This document shows positions 62,626 through 64,000 of a stretch of DNA of 64,000 nt, piece by piece. The notes under the pieces are model-generated. The model worked only from the letters and a program-made list of their open reading frames with translations, had not been told where the DNA came from and ran no database searches. The stretch comes from an uncultured Methylomirabilota bacterium (GTDB lineage Bacteria > Methylomirabilota > Methylomirabilia > Methylomirabilales > 2-02-FULL-66-22): the NCBI GenBank assembly GCA_963845565.1, contig CAWJSJ010000002.1:2048001-2112000 (forward strand), given 5' to 3'. The number at the start of each line of letters is the position of its first letter. Positions within the stretch are counted from its first letter, which is position 1. Position numbers and translations under genes: made by a program.

Positions 62626-63489
62626 GTGGAGGTCGGGAACGAAGCCCTCCGGCGGCGGAAGGTGCCCCTCTTTGTCTGGGCCTCGGCGGGTTTCTTGCTC
62701 GTGGTGGTGCTGGCGGCCACCTTCGCCCCCCTGGTCAGTCCGTATGACCCGATCCGGCAGTCGCTCCGCGAGCGGCTCAAGGCTCCGGCCTGGTTTCCGG
62801 AGGAGGGCCGGCAGCGCCACCTCTTGGGCACGGACCAGCTTGGGCGCGACATCCTGAGCCGGGTCATCTACGGCTCCCGGATCTCCCTCGTTGTGGGATT
62901 CGCGGCGGTGTTGATCGGGGGGGCAATCGGGGGACTCCTGGGTCTGATCTCGGGCTACACGGGTGGCATCCTGGACGAGATCATCATGCTGCTGGTGGAT
63001 GGCCAACTGGCGTTCCCGTTCATCTTGCTGGCGATCGGGATCATCGCCGTGCTGGGACCCAGCTTCGGGAACCTGATCATCATCGTGGGGCTCAGCGGGT
63101 GGGTGACCTATGCGCGGGTCGTCCGCGCCCAGGTCTTGACCATCAAGGAGCGGGAGTACGTCCTGGCCATCCGAGGGTTGGGTGGATCCACCTTGCGAAT
63201 CCTGGCGAGGCACATCGTGCCTAACACGCTGGCCCCGTTCCTGGTCATCGCCACGCTGGAGCTGGCCCGCACCATCCTCCTGGAGTCCACACTGAGCTTC
63301 CTCGGCCTGGGGATCCAGCCTCCCACCCCGAGCTGGGGCGGCATGCTGAGCGAGGGGCGGGGCTATCTGGATTCCGCCTGGTGGATCTCAGCCTTCCCTG
63401 GTCTGGTCCTCATGATGACCGCGCTGGTGGTCAGCCGGGTGGGCGACTGGCTGCGGGACGTCCTGGATCCGACCCTACGGGGGATGTAG
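62626..63489 (+). CDS. ABC peptide/nickel permease (DppC-like)
   Basis: HLLGTDQLGRD, LSFLGLG and PSWGGML motifs; GTG start (ATG 62590 also possible). Confidence 0.92.
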   Translation: MEVGNEALRRRKVPLFVWASAGFLLVVVLAATFAPLVSPYDPIRQSLRERLKAPAWFPEEGRQRHLLGTDQLGRDILSRVIYGSRISLVVGFAAVLIGGAIGGLLGLISGYTGGILDEIIMLLVDGQLAFPFILLAIGIIAVLGPSFGNLIIIVGLSGWVTYARVVRAQVLTIKEREYVLAIRGLGGSTLRILARHIVPNTLAPFLVIATLELARTILLESTLSFLGLGIQPPTPSWGGMLSEGRGYLDSAWWISAFPGLVLMMTALVVSRVGDWLRDVLDPTLRGM

Positions 63490-63521
63490 CGGAATGAGGC
63501 GCAATGGCGCCTGGATCGGTG

Positions 63522-63570
63522 TTGACTGTGCATGCACCGGTGATGCATAATGACGCATTCGGTGCATCAC
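63522..63570 (+). promoter_or_regulatory. TA operon promoter with palindromic operator
   Basis: TTGACT-18nt-CATAAT; inverted repeats ATGCACCG/CGGTGCAT and GTGATGCA/TGCATCAC. Confidence 0.65.
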
Positions 63571-63583
63571 AGGGGAGGGAACC

Positions 63584-63844
63584 ATGGGTGCGATCACGGT
63601 GCGGAATCTCCCGCCCGAGCTGGCGCGGGTGATTCAGCAAAAAGCCAAGAAAGAAAAGATAAGCCTCAACCACGCCGTCATGGACTTATTAGAGACGGCC
63701 ACGGGTCTCGGGAAGCGCCTCAAGAAGGAGGTGCTGCACCACGATCTCGACGAGTTAGCCGGGAGCTGGTCCGAGCAGGAGTATGAGGAGTTCGGCGAGG
63801 CGCTGCGGGAACAACGGCAGATTGAGCCGGAGATCTGGAGGTGA
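63584..63844 (+). CDS. Antitoxin (RHH, FitA/VapB-like)
   Basis: ITVRNLPPEL...SLN RHH pattern; LAGSWS; overlaps the PIN gene by GTGA. Confidence 0.85.
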   Translation: MGAITVRNLPPELARVIQQKAKKEKISLNHAVMDLLETATGLGKRLKKEVLHHDLDELAGSWSEQEYEEFGEALREQRQIEPEIWR

Positions 63845-64000
63845 GCCGCATCTTGGTGGACACCTCTGCCTATGCGGCGTACCTGCGTGACCATTCCGAG
63901 GTCAAAGCGGCCATTCAGCGCGCCTCGGAGGTCGGCCTGAGTGCGATCTCCATCGGCGAACTTCGCGCTGGTTTCCTGCAGGGATCGCGCCCGAGACGGA
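63841..64000 (+). CDS. vapC: VapC PIN-domain toxin, runs off the window edge
   Basis: Manual translation: MSRILVDTSAYAAYLRD...SAISIGELRAGF. Confidence 0.88.
   Translation, partial: MSRILVDTSAYAAYLRDHSEVKAAIQRASEVGLSAISIGELRAGFLQGSRPRR

Overview
GC-rich bacterial chromosome segment. Gene content and MITE style suggest a Methylomirabilota/Rokubacteria-like or deltaproteobacteria-like genome, which is inference only. Many otherwise intact genes carry single-base indels, so this is probably a noisy long-read assembly. About 55 CDS are present. They include housekeeping genes (ilvD, secA, rlpA, M23 peptidase, nifS/nifU-type Fe-S assembly, tenA), four TRAP binding proteins, a tripartite tricarboxylate transporter, a peptide-type ABC system and a VapBC-like toxin-antitoxin pair. 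The main finding is a ~16 kb ureide (allantoin/oxalurate) catabolic island at 25.0-41.2 kb, lying between the M23 peptidase gene and secA. It encodes PuuE, AllA, the FdrA/DUF1116/DUF2877 oxamate transcarbamoylase-type set, carbamate kinase, a class-V aminotransferase, an amidase, an alpha/beta hydrolase, a TRAP transporter and an uncharacterised Fe-S protein pair, but no allC, allD or allE. Three operons of the island share a near-identical sigma70 promoter/operator that is probably bound by the local GntR. The intergenic DNA holds three MITE families that mostly sit at stop codons, a ~22-nt palindrome nested inside them, heptamer tandem repeats and a 6S-like structured RNA candidate. A 1.5 kb block bounded by direct repeats looks like a chimeric insertion. 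No rRNA, tRNA, CRISPR array or transposase was seen.
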